Positions 9,788 to 18,322 of a DNA stretch of 53,661 nt are shown here, piece by piece. Positions within the stretch are counted from its first letter, which is position 1, and each line of letters begins with the position of its first letter. The stretch comes from a virus (lineage: Duplodnaviria > Caudoviricetes): IMG/VR virus record IMGVR_UViG_3300037634_002371, positions 1-53,661 of that record, one strand, 5' to 3'. The notes under the pieces were generated by a model. It ran no database searches, was not told the origin of the DNA, and saw only the letters and a list, made by a program, of their open reading frames with translations. The position numbers and the translations under genes are program-made.

Positions 9788-11193
9788 TAATAAACTACAA
9801 CTCCATATTTTGCCTCAAAAGAAAGGGCGTCTTTTCTATCATTAACAATAGGTTGACCTTTAATATTTAAAGATGTATTTAATAACATAGGACATCCTGT
9901 TTTATCTTTCCAAGTTTTTAGTAAATTATAAAACCCTGGATTATCTTTTTCTGAAACTGTTTGTACTCTACTTGTACCATCTATGTGTACAATAGCAGGA
10001 AAATCTTTTGGATATTTACATTTTGCTACAAATTGCATATATGGACTTTTTTCAACTGACATTTCAAAAAATTCTTTTGCGTCTTCTTCTAATATTGCAG
10101 GTGCAAAAGGTCTAAACATTTCTCTTTTCTTAATTTGATTTACTAAATCTTTTATTTCATCTCCTCGTGGATCTGCTAATAAACTTCTATTACCTAATGC
10201 TCTAGGTCCATATTCTGCTCTACCATTTGCAACACCAACTATTTGACTATTTCTTAATTCACTAATTAAACTATCAATTGGATATTCACCTTCTATATTA
10301 TGTCCTAAAAAAGGTCCTTCCCAATCTAAATGTTGTTGGCTTACAGCTGCAATACAACCCAATGCTGAACCTGAATCACTTGGGTTTGGTATAATCCATA
10401 TATTATTTTTTGGATATTTTTTTGCGGCTACTGTATTAGCAACACAATTCAAAGCACAACCACCACTTATAACAAGATTTTCTTTTTGTGAAAAACACTC
10501 ATCAACTAATTCTATAAATTTTCTTGTATAACAATTTTGTATAGCTAATGCAATATCTTCCTTTTTATAACCATCCAAGTTATTACCAAAACCTTTATGA
10601 TTATTTCGCTCCAATAAATAATCTACATCATATATTCCACCTGGGTGACCATATGCAGCCATCCCCATTGTAATATATTCTTCTTCATTAGCTTTAAGAC
10701 CTATTTTATCTGTAGCAGCTGAATAAAATAATCCTAACGAATAAGGATACTTCCAAAATCTTTTTTTATTCATATTATCACTTATAGTCATTGTTTCCCA
10801 CTCACCTATTGCGTCAATAGTAAGCACCATACTATCTTTAAAAGGTGCTGTATAATATCCTGCGGCTGCGTGTGATTTATGATGTTCAACATATTCATCT
10901 ATTTTTATATTAAATTGTTTTAAATAAACTGATGGCAATTCTTTATAATCAAATGCATATCTAAATTGACCTGCTCTTAATTGTCTTAACTTTTTTAACC
11001 AAGGTCTTTCATAATATATAACCGTATCAAAAGGTCCATAACTTAATGCTTCATTAACAATCTCCCAATTTAAAAATTGGTCATTTTTTCTTTTAGAATA
11101 TCGCTCGGAATGAGCAGCCCATAATATTTTATTATTATCAACTACTGCCATAGCACCATCGTGGTTCAAACAATTAATTCCTAAATATCTCAT
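9787..11193 (-). CDS. carbamoyltransferase (NodU/CmcH family)
   Basis: HDGA, SERYSKRK, EHHKSHAA, SGGCALNC, GPRALGNRSLL, FRPFAP, DGTSRVQT, LLNTSLN. Confidence 0.95.
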   Translation of the reverse strand: MRYLGINCLNHDGAMAVVDNNKILWAAHSERYSKRKNDQFLNWEIVNEALSYGPFDTVIYYERPWLKKLRQLRAGQFRYAFDYKELPSVYLKQFNIKIDEYVEHHKSHAAAGYYTAPFKDSMVLTIDAIGEWETMTISDNMNKKRFWKYPYSLGLFYSAATDKIGLKANEEEYITMGMAAYGHPGGIYDVDYLLERNNHKGFGNNLDGYKKEDIALAIQNCYTRKFIELVDECFSQKENLVISGGCALNCVANTVAAKKYPKNNIWIIPNPSDSGSALGCIAAVSQQHLDWEGPFLGHNIEGEYPIDSLISELRNSQIVGVANGRAEYGPRALGNRSLLADPRGDEIKDLVNQIKKREMFRPFAPAILEEDAKEFFEMSVEKSPYMQFVAKCKYPKDFPAIVHIDGTSRVQTVSEKDNPGFYNLLKTWKDKTGCPMLLNTSLNIKGQPIVNDRKDALSFEAKYGVVVY

Positions 11194-11273
11194 TTATATA
11201 TAAATGGATCCTTTTTATCGTATTTTCTTTTTTTAAAGTAATTCTTAATCCAATTTATAAATTTTTTTATCAT
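11190..11273 (-). CDS. 27-aa peptide coupled to the carbamoyltransferase (not in ORF track)
   Basis: MIKKFINWIKNYFKKRKYDKKDPFIYK, ATGA overlaps both sides, GGAG SD. Confidence 0.6.
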   Translation of the reverse strand: MIKKFINWIKNYFKKRKYDKKDPFIYK

Positions 11274-12172
11274 AACTCCTCCTTTACATACCTATATGCT
11301 GTCCCACCTCTCATATCTTGGAATGTGAATTGAGAACCAACTAATGACCATAACCATTTTTCTCTATCAGGCACAATTGGTTTTTCTATCATACTTAATT
11401 TATTTAATCTTAAACTTACAGGTGCAGCTGGGGAATGCTCACTTGTAAAACAAGGTATACCCTTCACAATGGCTTCTGAAGCACACATTGAATGCCAACT
11501 CACCATTGCCCAACAATCTTTTAAATCTTTACTTAATGGTCTCTTTTCTTTCTCACCCCAATCTTTATTCTCCATATATTTTGGTCTCACCAATATTTTT
11601 CTATCTGTATATGTTTTTAATCGACTCACTATATTTTTTGTCCATATATGTCTATCAATACCATACCATCTTGCTGTGTGAAAACTAGGTGGAATAACTA
11701 ATATATGCTTATGATTACCTCCAGTTCTCCAATCTCTTAATCTAATTTGTTCCTGTGCTTGTCTGTTTTCTAAACTAGCATATATTCTTTTAAACCTATG
11801 TTCGTGTTTAGGATCTAAACTAATATAAGTTTTTTGTACATTATTTTTACAAATACGATACCAACTATCTCTAAAATCTGGATGGTCTGCATAACCTGTA
11901 TAGAAAAAATAAGGTTGGTCAAAATAATAAAATGGAATATTATTTTTAATACAACAATCATAAACTGTTTTTGTATTACGAATTATACCTTGGAATGCTA
12001 CTTCTATAACTCTATCTGTATCTTCTAACTTTCCATTCCATTCAGGCCATCTATTTCTATAATATTGTTCTCCTTCCATTTCTTCTGTTTCAAAAAACTT
12101 ATGTGAGTATTGTCTAACAAAAGCTTTTAAATATCTATCAGATGACCATTTAGTTTGAAATATATAAATCAT
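11270..12172 (-). CDS. capsule-biosynthesis-like (KpsC/KpsS-like) putative glycosyltransferase
   Basis: HILVIPPS...YTDRKILVRPK...DLKDCWAMVSWHSMCASEAIVKGIP; paralog of 2868..3686. Confidence 0.5.
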   Translation of the reverse strand: MIYIFQTKWSSDRYLKAFVRQYSHKFFETEEMEGEQYYRNRWPEWNGKLEDTDRVIEVAFQGIIRNTKTVYDCCIKNNIPFYYFDQPYFFYTGYADHPDFRDSWYRICKNNVQKTYISLDPKHEHRFKRIYASLENRQAQEQIRLRDWRTGGNHKHILVIPPSFHTARWYGIDRHIWTKNIVSRLKTYTDRKILVRPKYMENKDWGEKEKRPLSKDLKDCWAMVSWHSMCASEAIVKGIPCFTSEHSPAAPVSLRLNKLSMIEKPIVPDREKWLWSLVGSQFTFQDMRGGTAYRYVKEEL

Positions 12173-12486
12173 AAATCAATTTTATCTATTTCTAATTCAA
12201 TACCTATTAATTCATCTGGTTTGCCTTTAGGGTATGTTGGCCATACTTGGAATTCTTCTCTTGTATCATCATTTTTACAACCTGCAACCAACCAATCCCA
12301 TTTAAACTCTCCATCTATAACAAACTCGTTCATTACTTCATATCTTCCATCAGGTTTCTGTTTAAGTAATTCTTCTTTACAAGCCTCCATAGTAGGATAC
12401 CAACCTTGCATTTGAAAAGTCTGTTGTGTATCTATTGGACTATTACCAATTAGATATGCTAATATTAATATTTTAAATGGTCCCAT
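12169..12486 (-). CDS. small exported hypothetical protein
   Basis: hydrophobic N-terminus, two Cys. Confidence 0.65.
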   Translation of the reverse strand: MGPFKILILAYLIGNSPIDTQQTFQMQGWYPTMEACKEELLKQKPDGRYEVMNEFVIDGEFKWDWLVAGCKNDDTREEFQVWPTYPKGKPDELIGIELEIDKIDL

Positions 12487-12638
12487 TATGGATAATTCAA
12501 CATTTCTTTATTCTGTCTTCGTTCTTCTTTTAATTTCTTTTTTAATTTAATATTTTCTTTTTCAAGGTCTTCAATTCGTCTAGTCAAATCTAAAGGACCT
12601 CTATCATCTTTTATCTTAATCTTTCTTTTTATTGCCAT
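12486..12638 (-). CDS. basic coiled-coil hypothetical protein
   Basis: likely start MAIKRK at 12638 because the upstream extension overlaps another coupled ORF. Confidence 0.6.
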   Translation of the reverse strand: MAIKRKIKIKDDRGPLDLTRRIEDLEKENIKLKKKLKEERRQNKEMLNYP

Positions 12639-12748
12639 AATACCATCCCTATTACTATACCTATTACTATACCTTCCAGCCAGAATGCCCACCTATGCGA
12701 TCCTTTTGCTGTATGTTTTTTGATGAAAGTAAGTGTCCAATGTTTCAT
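12629..12748 (-). CDS. 39-aa membrane peptide (not in ORF track)
   Basis: MKHWTLTFIKKHTAKGSHRWAFWLEGIVIGIVIGMVLWQ with AAGGAG SD. Confidence 0.6.
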   Translation of the reverse strand: MKHWTLTFIKKHTAKGSHRWAFWLEGIVIGIVIGMVLWQ

Positions 12749-12858
12749 ATAACTTTCTCCTTTAATATTCTACCATAATTAGGCCACCCAAATTTATCAG
12801 GTGACTCATTTATATATCTCCAACGAATAACACCATTACAGTTCTTACAATTTTCCAT
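12745..12858 (-). CDS. 37-aa peptide with CxxC (not in ORF track)
   Basis: MENCKNCNGVIRWRYINESPDKFGWPNYGRILKEKVI, abuts upstream stop, ATGA overlap downstream. Confidence 0.5.
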   Translation of the reverse strand: MENCKNCNGVIRWRYINESPDKFGWPNYGRILKEKVI

Positions 12859-13857
12859 TTATTTTGATTCAATTTCATCTCTTAATTTTTCCCATTCCTG
12901 AGCATATATTTCGTCCTGTTCATTTAGTGGTTCCCATATTTGTCCTCTGAACCACGGACCACCTCTTGTGAAGTGAACATTTTTAGCATCAATATCTGCT
13001 GAACTATGTCCATCTAACCAGTTCCATTCTTCTGGTAGATTGCCTATAAGGTCATCAAACTTAAAATTGTTTACACGAGCATAGTCTTTAATCCATTCAA
13101 ATCCATGTAACCATGACCCTGATTTTGTGCTGACATCATCAACAGTAAGACTATTATGTGCTTTATGTCCGCAATTAAACAAAACAACGGATGACCAGTT
13201 TTTGTGAATGAGAGGATATTGCTCATTACCATACATTTTGATTGTTTCTGTGGGATTGTAGTTATGCTTCACGCAATACATGGCATATTTTGGGTCATTA
13301 TATTTTTCAAATAACTCTAAAGGATCACTTCTAAAATACATATCACAGTCCATAAACACTGCCCAACCTTCTAATCTATGTAAAAATGGTGTTAAAAATC
13401 TTGAAAATGAAAAGTCAGTAGCAAATGGTTTTCCGTCAAATATATCACGATGCTGAATGTCAGAATCATTATTTGGTTTGGGAAGAGAAGAGCTTCCGAG
13501 TGTCCATGCACGTCTATATAACCCTATTCGTCTTAATAAATCCTGTTTAATTGGATATATATTAATCGGACCAGATGCGTGTTTATGTGCTGAATATTTT
13601 AGGACTCTATATGCTAGGTCCTCTCGTGGATCATAACCAACATAAATTGTTGGAATATCTAATTCTAATTTAAACATATATTGTTTCTCCTTGTTAATGT
13701 GATTACCTCTTTGGATATTTTTGCTTTTTCTTTTATCTTCTTTTTTAAAGTAGGTTTTTTTACCGAAGATTTCATCATAATTCTCCTTATATTGTTGTGT
13801 TGGTATTCTGGATTTCCCATCCCACATTCTACCTTTATTTTCATTTTTTAAAGACAT
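12859..13857 (-). CDS. GT8-like glycosyltransferase (possible internal start at 13677)
   Basis: IYVGYD, TDFSFSRF, FMDCDM, KNWSS, EWNWL, VHFTRGGP; paralog of 3683..4357; AAGGAG SD before ATG 13677. Confidence 0.8.
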   Translation of the reverse strand: MSLKNENKGRMWDGKSRIPTQQYKENYDEIFGKKTYFKKEDKRKSKNIQRGNHINKEKQYMFKLELDIPTIYVGYDPREDLAYRVLKYSAHKHASGPINIYPIKQDLLRRIGLYRRAWTLGSSSLPKPNNDSDIQHRDIFDGKPFATDFSFSRFLTPFLHRLEGWAVFMDCDMYFRSDPLELFEKYNDPKYAMYCVKHNYNPTETIKMYGNEQYPLIHKNWSSVVLFNCGHKAHNSLTVDDVSTKSGSWLHGFEWIKDYARVNNFKFDDLIGNLPEEWNWLDGHSSADIDAKNVHFTRGGPWFRGQIWEPLNEQDEIYAQEWEKLRDEIESK

Positions 13858-14965
13858 AGTATTGCCTTTTACCACTCTTTCTAGCATTACCATTTTTATA
13901 TTCAAATCCAAATCTATCTCTAAAAGCTGCTAACATTTTATCTACGTGAGATTGATTTAAAGGACGAGATTCTAATTTTTGAGTTTCATAAATCATTATA
14001 CCTCCAGGTGTAACTAAATTATAATGTCCTAATGCTATTTCATCTTCATTTAATTTATCAACATCTCTAACTTGTATTGTCATAGCAAAAGAAAAAACTA
14101 CATCAAATACATCTTCATTTTCTGCTATAAAATCTTTAAATCCTTTTTTAATCCATTTCATATTATCAGGTAGTTTTGGAGATTCTACAAAAGGCTCTAC
14201 TGCTGTAATATATTTAAAATCGTTCTGAAGTTGTACACCAAACTCACCGTGATTAGCACCTAAATCTAAAAGTGTTTTATTTTTTCCTGCATATTGTTTT
14301 AAATCTAAATTATCAATTCGCCACTTAGCACTATTACCTTCATTTGATTTTTGATAATTATTCCATTCATTTTTTACCATATCGTTTGCCTTCTTTAGTT
14401 CTTCTTCATATTTATTTCTATTTCTTTTAGTCATTAATATACCATTGACTAATAATATTTTCATTCTGTTTTCAAATATACTAGGGTCCCAAGACTCTCT
14501 AATATGTTTATAAAATCTATCTTCATATTCATATTTACTATTTTCTGGTAATGCATATTCAAAATCTATTATTTTTATAATGTCATCATGGAGCATAATA
14601 TTTTTAGATTGTAAATTATAACCATATAATTTTATATCTGCTTCTTCTAAAGCTTCTGATATTTCCCAGACTTGTGGAAGTAATTTAGTTCTAGGTTTTT
14701 TATCATATGGAAATTGCTCACCACAATAACTCATTTTAATTTCTAATTTATTGTCATCATAACTTGTCATTTGAGGAAAATGTATATTACCTTTCAATCT
14801 TTCTAAACACTCTTTCTCTCTTTGATAACATTGAGTAGCTGAACCTCTATAACCTTTTTCTTCCTTCCAACTATCTCTAATAAATCTTTTAAGAACTTGA
14901 CCTTTATGTACCAAAGCAGTATCTATATAAACTTTACTTACTTTTCCTATTAGAGATTTTTTCAT
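13841..14965 (-). CDS. protein-kinase-like domain fused to class I SAM methyltransferase
   Basis: N-half VLKRF, EKECLERL, KNIML, IIDFEYA; C-half LLDLGANHG, AVEP, FDVVFS, PGGIMIYE. Confidence 0.7.
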   Translation of the reverse strand: MKKSLIGKVSKVYIDTALVHKGQVLKRFIRDSWKEEKGYRGSATQCYQREKECLERLKGNIHFPQMTSYDDNKLEIKMSYCGEQFPYDKKPRTKLLPQVWEISEALEEADIKLYGYNLQSKNIMLHDDIIKIIDFEYALPENSKYEYEDRFYKHIRESWDPSIFENRMKILLVNGILMTKRNRNKYEEELKKANDMVKNEWNNYQKSNEGNSAKWRIDNLDLKQYAGKNKTLLDLGANHGEFGVQLQNDFKYITAVEPFVESPKLPDNMKWIKKGFKDFIAENEDVFDVVFSFAMTIQVRDVDKLNEDEIALGHYNLVTPGGIMIYETQKLESRPLNQSHVDKMLAAFRDRFGFEYKNGNARKSGKRQYYVFKK

Positions 14966-15165
14966 TAAAATAATTTACCTAACAATTTAAGTCCATACAA
15001 TATACCTATAACAGAAAGAGTACCTGTGATACCTTGGTCTATAAATGCAAGTATTGAACCAACAATTAATAACGCATAGAACACATAAGTTTTCCAGTTC
15101 CAAACATAATAGAACCAACCGTGGTCTTTCTTTGTAGGTCCAAAATCTAATTTAGGTTTTTTCAT
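14965..15165 (-). CDS. small membrane protein
   Basis: 66 aa, two hydrophobic segments, GGAG SD. Confidence 0.7.
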   Translation of the reverse strand: MKKPKLDFGPTKKDHGWFYYVWNWKTYVFYALLIVGSILAFIDQGITGTLSVIGILYGLKLLGKLF

Positions 15166-15262
15166 TATTGTTCTCCATAATATTACAGTCTCCGACTTTT
15201 ACAGACTAAAAAGCTCTCCGCGCTTGGAGCGACATCTTTTGGATGGACCTGTTTTAGTTTAA

Positions 15263-15889
15263 TCATAAAGGCTCTCCATAGTTTGTTAGATACTTCCAAC
15301 TTATAGGAAAATGGTCTTTTACATTACCAGAAATTTCTTGTGCCACTACTCTTGTTTCTGCTTGAGCATCATCTTGTATTCTTAAATTACATACTCTAGC
15401 AAACGCATATAAAGTTCCTGACCAATACCATTCTGTCATCATACATTGTGGTAATATCATACGAGCCATTTCTGGTGCAATACCTTCCTCAATCATATCA
15501 TTATAAGTTTCTTTTGCTACTTTAACCATATGCATAATATCATATTCTACTTCTTCTTTACTTGAGCCTTGCTTTTTATTTTCTGCTCTTTTACGCCACA
15601 TAAAAGGAATATAAAACTCTGGTTTAGAATCTACATATCTCCTACTAACTTCATTCCAAACTAAACCTACTTGATGTTTAACTAATTGTCTTGCTACAAA
15701 TACTGGTGCTTTAATTCTAAATTGTAATGAAGCGTGGCCAAATGGTGACCAATGATTATGTTTTGCTAAATATTTAATTAACTTTTCATCACTTTCATCC
15801 CAGGCAAATTTTCTTTTTGAAAATGATACTCTAGCTGCATTGACTACTGTTAAATCATTACCCATTTTATTAATTAATTCAACTTCCAT
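15263..15889 (-). CDS. thyX: FAD-dependent thymidylate synthase
   Basis: NAARVSF, HWSPFGH, ARQLVKH, NEVSRRY, PEMARMILP. Confidence 0.96.
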   Translation of the reverse strand: MEVELINKMGNDLTVVNAARVSFSKRKFAWDESDEKLIKYLAKHNHWSPFGHASLQFRIKAPVFVARQLVKHQVGLVWNEVSRRYVDSKPEFYIPFMWRKRAENKKQGSSKEEVEYDIMHMVKVAKETYNDMIEEGIAPEMARMILPQCMMTEWYWSGTLYAFARVCNLRIQDDAQAETRVVAQEISGNVKDHFPISWKYLTNYGEPL

Positions 15890-16424
15890 AACCTGCCTTT
15901 ACAATATAATAAGAATCAACTATATCAGTAACTGGATTGTTTAATTTTTTTTGGTCAAATACTTTCATTAAATCAATACCTGTATCTTTCACAAATTGCT
16001 CATACATTTTTAATTTATCTGCATTACCTTTACCTGTTGCTTTTTTCTTTATAACTCCTGGAACTATCACTTCAAATTTTTGTTTCTTACTATAAAGTTT
16101 GTGTTTTAATATGCCCATATTTTCTGCCAGATTAAATACAAGACCTTTACTACCATAACTATATCCTTCTATAAAAATATTATTATTAGTATTAGGAATA
16201 ACACGAAGCGCCCAACTGGAAATTTGGTCGTGTCGCTCTGTCTGGGAGGTATAGGGTAAATGAAATCTACCATTAATTTTGCCTTTTAAATAATCACCTT
16301 CATATTTTTTCACACTCGTTAAATAATATATAGTACAATTCTTCCACTCAAATTTAGAACCTTTATGTACACAAATTGCTGGAGTAGTTAAACTATAATC
16401 AATCCCAATTAGTATCTTCATCAT
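15879..16424 (-). CDS. RuvC-like (RNase H fold) nuclease or resolvase
   Basis: IGIDYS, FIEGY, KKKATGKGNADK, DIVDSY acidic catalytic pattern. Confidence 0.7.
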   Translation of the reverse strand: MMKILIGIDYSLTTPAICVHKGSKFEWKNCTIYYLTSVKKYEGDYLKGKINGRFHLPYTSQTERHDQISSWALRVIPNTNNNIFIEGYSYGSKGLVFNLAENMGILKHKLYSKKQKFEVIVPGVIKKKATGKGNADKLKMYEQFVKDTGIDLMKVFDQKKLNNPVTDIVDSYYIVKAGYGS

Positions 16425-16578
16425 CTACATTACCATTATCTACAAATATACCTTCATCTTCTTCTACACCAGATTCTCCTCCACAAAATGGACAAGTATC
16501 AGGTTCAATTTCTTCTTCCCATTTAATCCAATATTCAACTTCACAATAGGTACATTTAAATTTTGTGCTCTTAGCCAT
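16399..16578 (-). CDS. 59-aa zinc-ribbon protein with acidic tail (not in ORF track)
   Basis: CTYC...CPFC; TAATG overlap with the nrdB stop. Confidence 0.75.
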   Translation of the reverse strand: MAKSTKFKCTYCEVEYWIKWEEEIEPDTCPFCGGESGVEEDEGIFVDNGNVDDEDTNWD

Positions 16579-17684
16579 TAAAGTTTAAAAGTTTTAAACT
16601 GATCCTTCTTAACATCTTGTTTAATTCCTCCGACTACATAACTTTCTATTTCTGTTTCTTGTGGAGCGTTTTGTAGTGAGCGACTGTTTAACCAATGGTC
16701 AGTCCAAGGTAAAGGATTTATACTTATAGATTGTTCATATTTAGGTTTTAAACCTATTGTTTTCATTCTTCTATTAGCAATATATTCAACATAATTATGT
16801 AATAATTTTTCTGATAATCCTATCATTGATCCAGTAGAAAATAAATAAGTTGCCCAACGCTTTTCTTCCTGTACAGCTTCATCATATAATTTATAAACTT
16901 CATTTTCTGTATCTTTTATAACTTTACTCATTACTCTATCTTTTTCAGGACCTTTATAGTTATTAATAATTCTTTGTGATATTACTAAATGTAAACTTTC
17001 ATCCCTAGCAATCAATGATAATATCTTTGCACTTCCTTCCATTAATTTAAGTTCACCAAAAGCAAATGAACAAGCAAATGATACATAGAATCTTAAACCT
17101 TCTAATATATTAACTGTAATTAATGCTAAATAGAATTTTTTCTTTAACTCATATTCATCAACTTTATCAGGATTTAATTTATACTTATATCCTAATTCTA
17201 TTAACTCATTATACTTTTCAGTTACCGATTTAGCTCTACTTTGTATTCTTTCATCTTCTGTAATAGTATCAAAAACATCTGAAGGATTTGGATATAAATT
17301 TTTAACAATGTATGTATAACTTCTACTATGGATTGTTTCAAAAAAATCCCAAGTAACTATACAACCTTCTAATTCAGGTAAAGAAACAAAAGGTAAAAAT
17401 GCTAAACAAGGACCTCTACCTTGTACACTATCTAACATTGTTTGATATTTTAAATTAGATGTAAAGATAAACTTTTGACTAGCAGATAGTTCGTTATAAT
17501 CGTTTCTATCTTTTTGTAAAGATACTTCTTCTGGTCTCCAAAAATATCCTAATTGTTGTTGTATTAATTTATCAAATAAAGGATATTTAAATGTATCATA
17601 TCTTTGCACCTGCAAATCTTCACCAAAAAACATTGGTTGTTTTGTAAAATCTATACCTTTTGTCTTATTAAATACAGTTTTCAT
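16578..17684 (-). CDS. nrdB: ribonucleotide reductase class Ia beta subunit
   Basis: WRPEEV, DSVQGR, ETIHSRSY (radical Tyr), LEGLRFY, RDESLH. Confidence 0.97.
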   Translation of the reverse strand: MKTVFNKTKGIDFTKQPMFFGEDLQVQRYDTFKYPLFDKLIQQQLGYFWRPEEVSLQKDRNDYNELSASQKFIFTSNLKYQTMLDSVQGRGPCLAFLPFVSLPELEGCIVTWDFFETIHSRSYTYIVKNLYPNPSDVFDTITEDERIQSRAKSVTEKYNELIELGYKYKLNPDKVDEYELKKKFYLALITVNILEGLRFYVSFACSFAFGELKLMEGSAKILSLIARDESLHLVISQRIINNYKGPEKDRVMSKVIKDTENEVYKLYDEAVQEEKRWATYLFSTGSMIGLSEKLLHNYVEYIANRRMKTIGLKPKYEQSISINPLPWTDHWLNSRSLQNAPQETEIESYVVGGIKQDVKKDQFKTFKL

Positions 17685-18322
17685 CTTTTCTTTTCCTCAT
17701 AAAAATAATCATCTGAATCTCCAAATGCCCACTTTGATTCTTGTTCAGAATGAAAATATCTAGTTGAAGTTTTAAAATCAGGCTTCTTTAATTCTTTAGG
17801 ATTCAAGGATTGTTCGTACCATAACATACGGTTGTTAGGTTGAGCAAAAAATTGCCCATTGTCTAGTTTACCAAAATTAAATTGTTTATGTTCATCTGGT
17901 ACTTCAGCAACTCCACTATTTATTAAGTTTGGATCACTATGGCAACTATCAATAGTAAATAAATATACACCAGGCATTTTCTTTCCCCCTGGCAACCATA
18001 CTGACACATCACAATTTTTTAAAAGTTTTTTAGTCCAAATATGTATATCATAACTGTAACAATCCCATAAACATAACTCGTTTAATGATAATTGTTCCTC
18101 TTGTTTAATATCTTTCTTCCAAACAAGTGCTGTTATAGGAAGTTTGTCATAACAGGCTCCATATTCAGGAAGATATGCTTCAAATAATAAAGCTCTACCT
18201 TGTATAGATTTAACTGCTACCAATACACAAGATTCAAACTCTCCATGACCATCAATTAAATCTCTTAAATATTCTTTCTTAACCCAACATTTCATATAGG
18301 GTATATTTACTACAAAGTTCAT
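17681..18322 (-). CDS. hypothetical protein between nrdA and nrdB
   Basis: 213 aa coupled ORF; no HNH or GIY-YIG motif seen. Confidence 0.75.
   Translation of the reverse strand: MNFVVNIPYMKCWVKKEYLRDLIDGHGEFESCVLVAVKSIQGRALLFEAYLPEYGACYDKLPITALVWKKDIKQEEQLSLNELCLWDCYSYDIHIWTKKLLKNCDVSVWLPGGKKMPGVYLFTIDSCHSDPNLINSGVAEVPDEHKQFNFGKLDNGQFFAQPNNRMLWYEQSLNPKELKKPDFKTSTRYFHSEQESKWAFGDSDDYFYEEKKR

Noticed and set aside
12649-12672. 12-bp tandem duplication CTATTACTATAC
   Set aside because: Encodes GIVI twice in a small TM peptide; only two copies, not a CRISPR or regulatory array
17681-18322. Possible homing endonuclease between nrdA and nrdB (the T4 mobE position)
   Set aside because: No HNH, GIY-YIG or LAGLIDADG motif is visible
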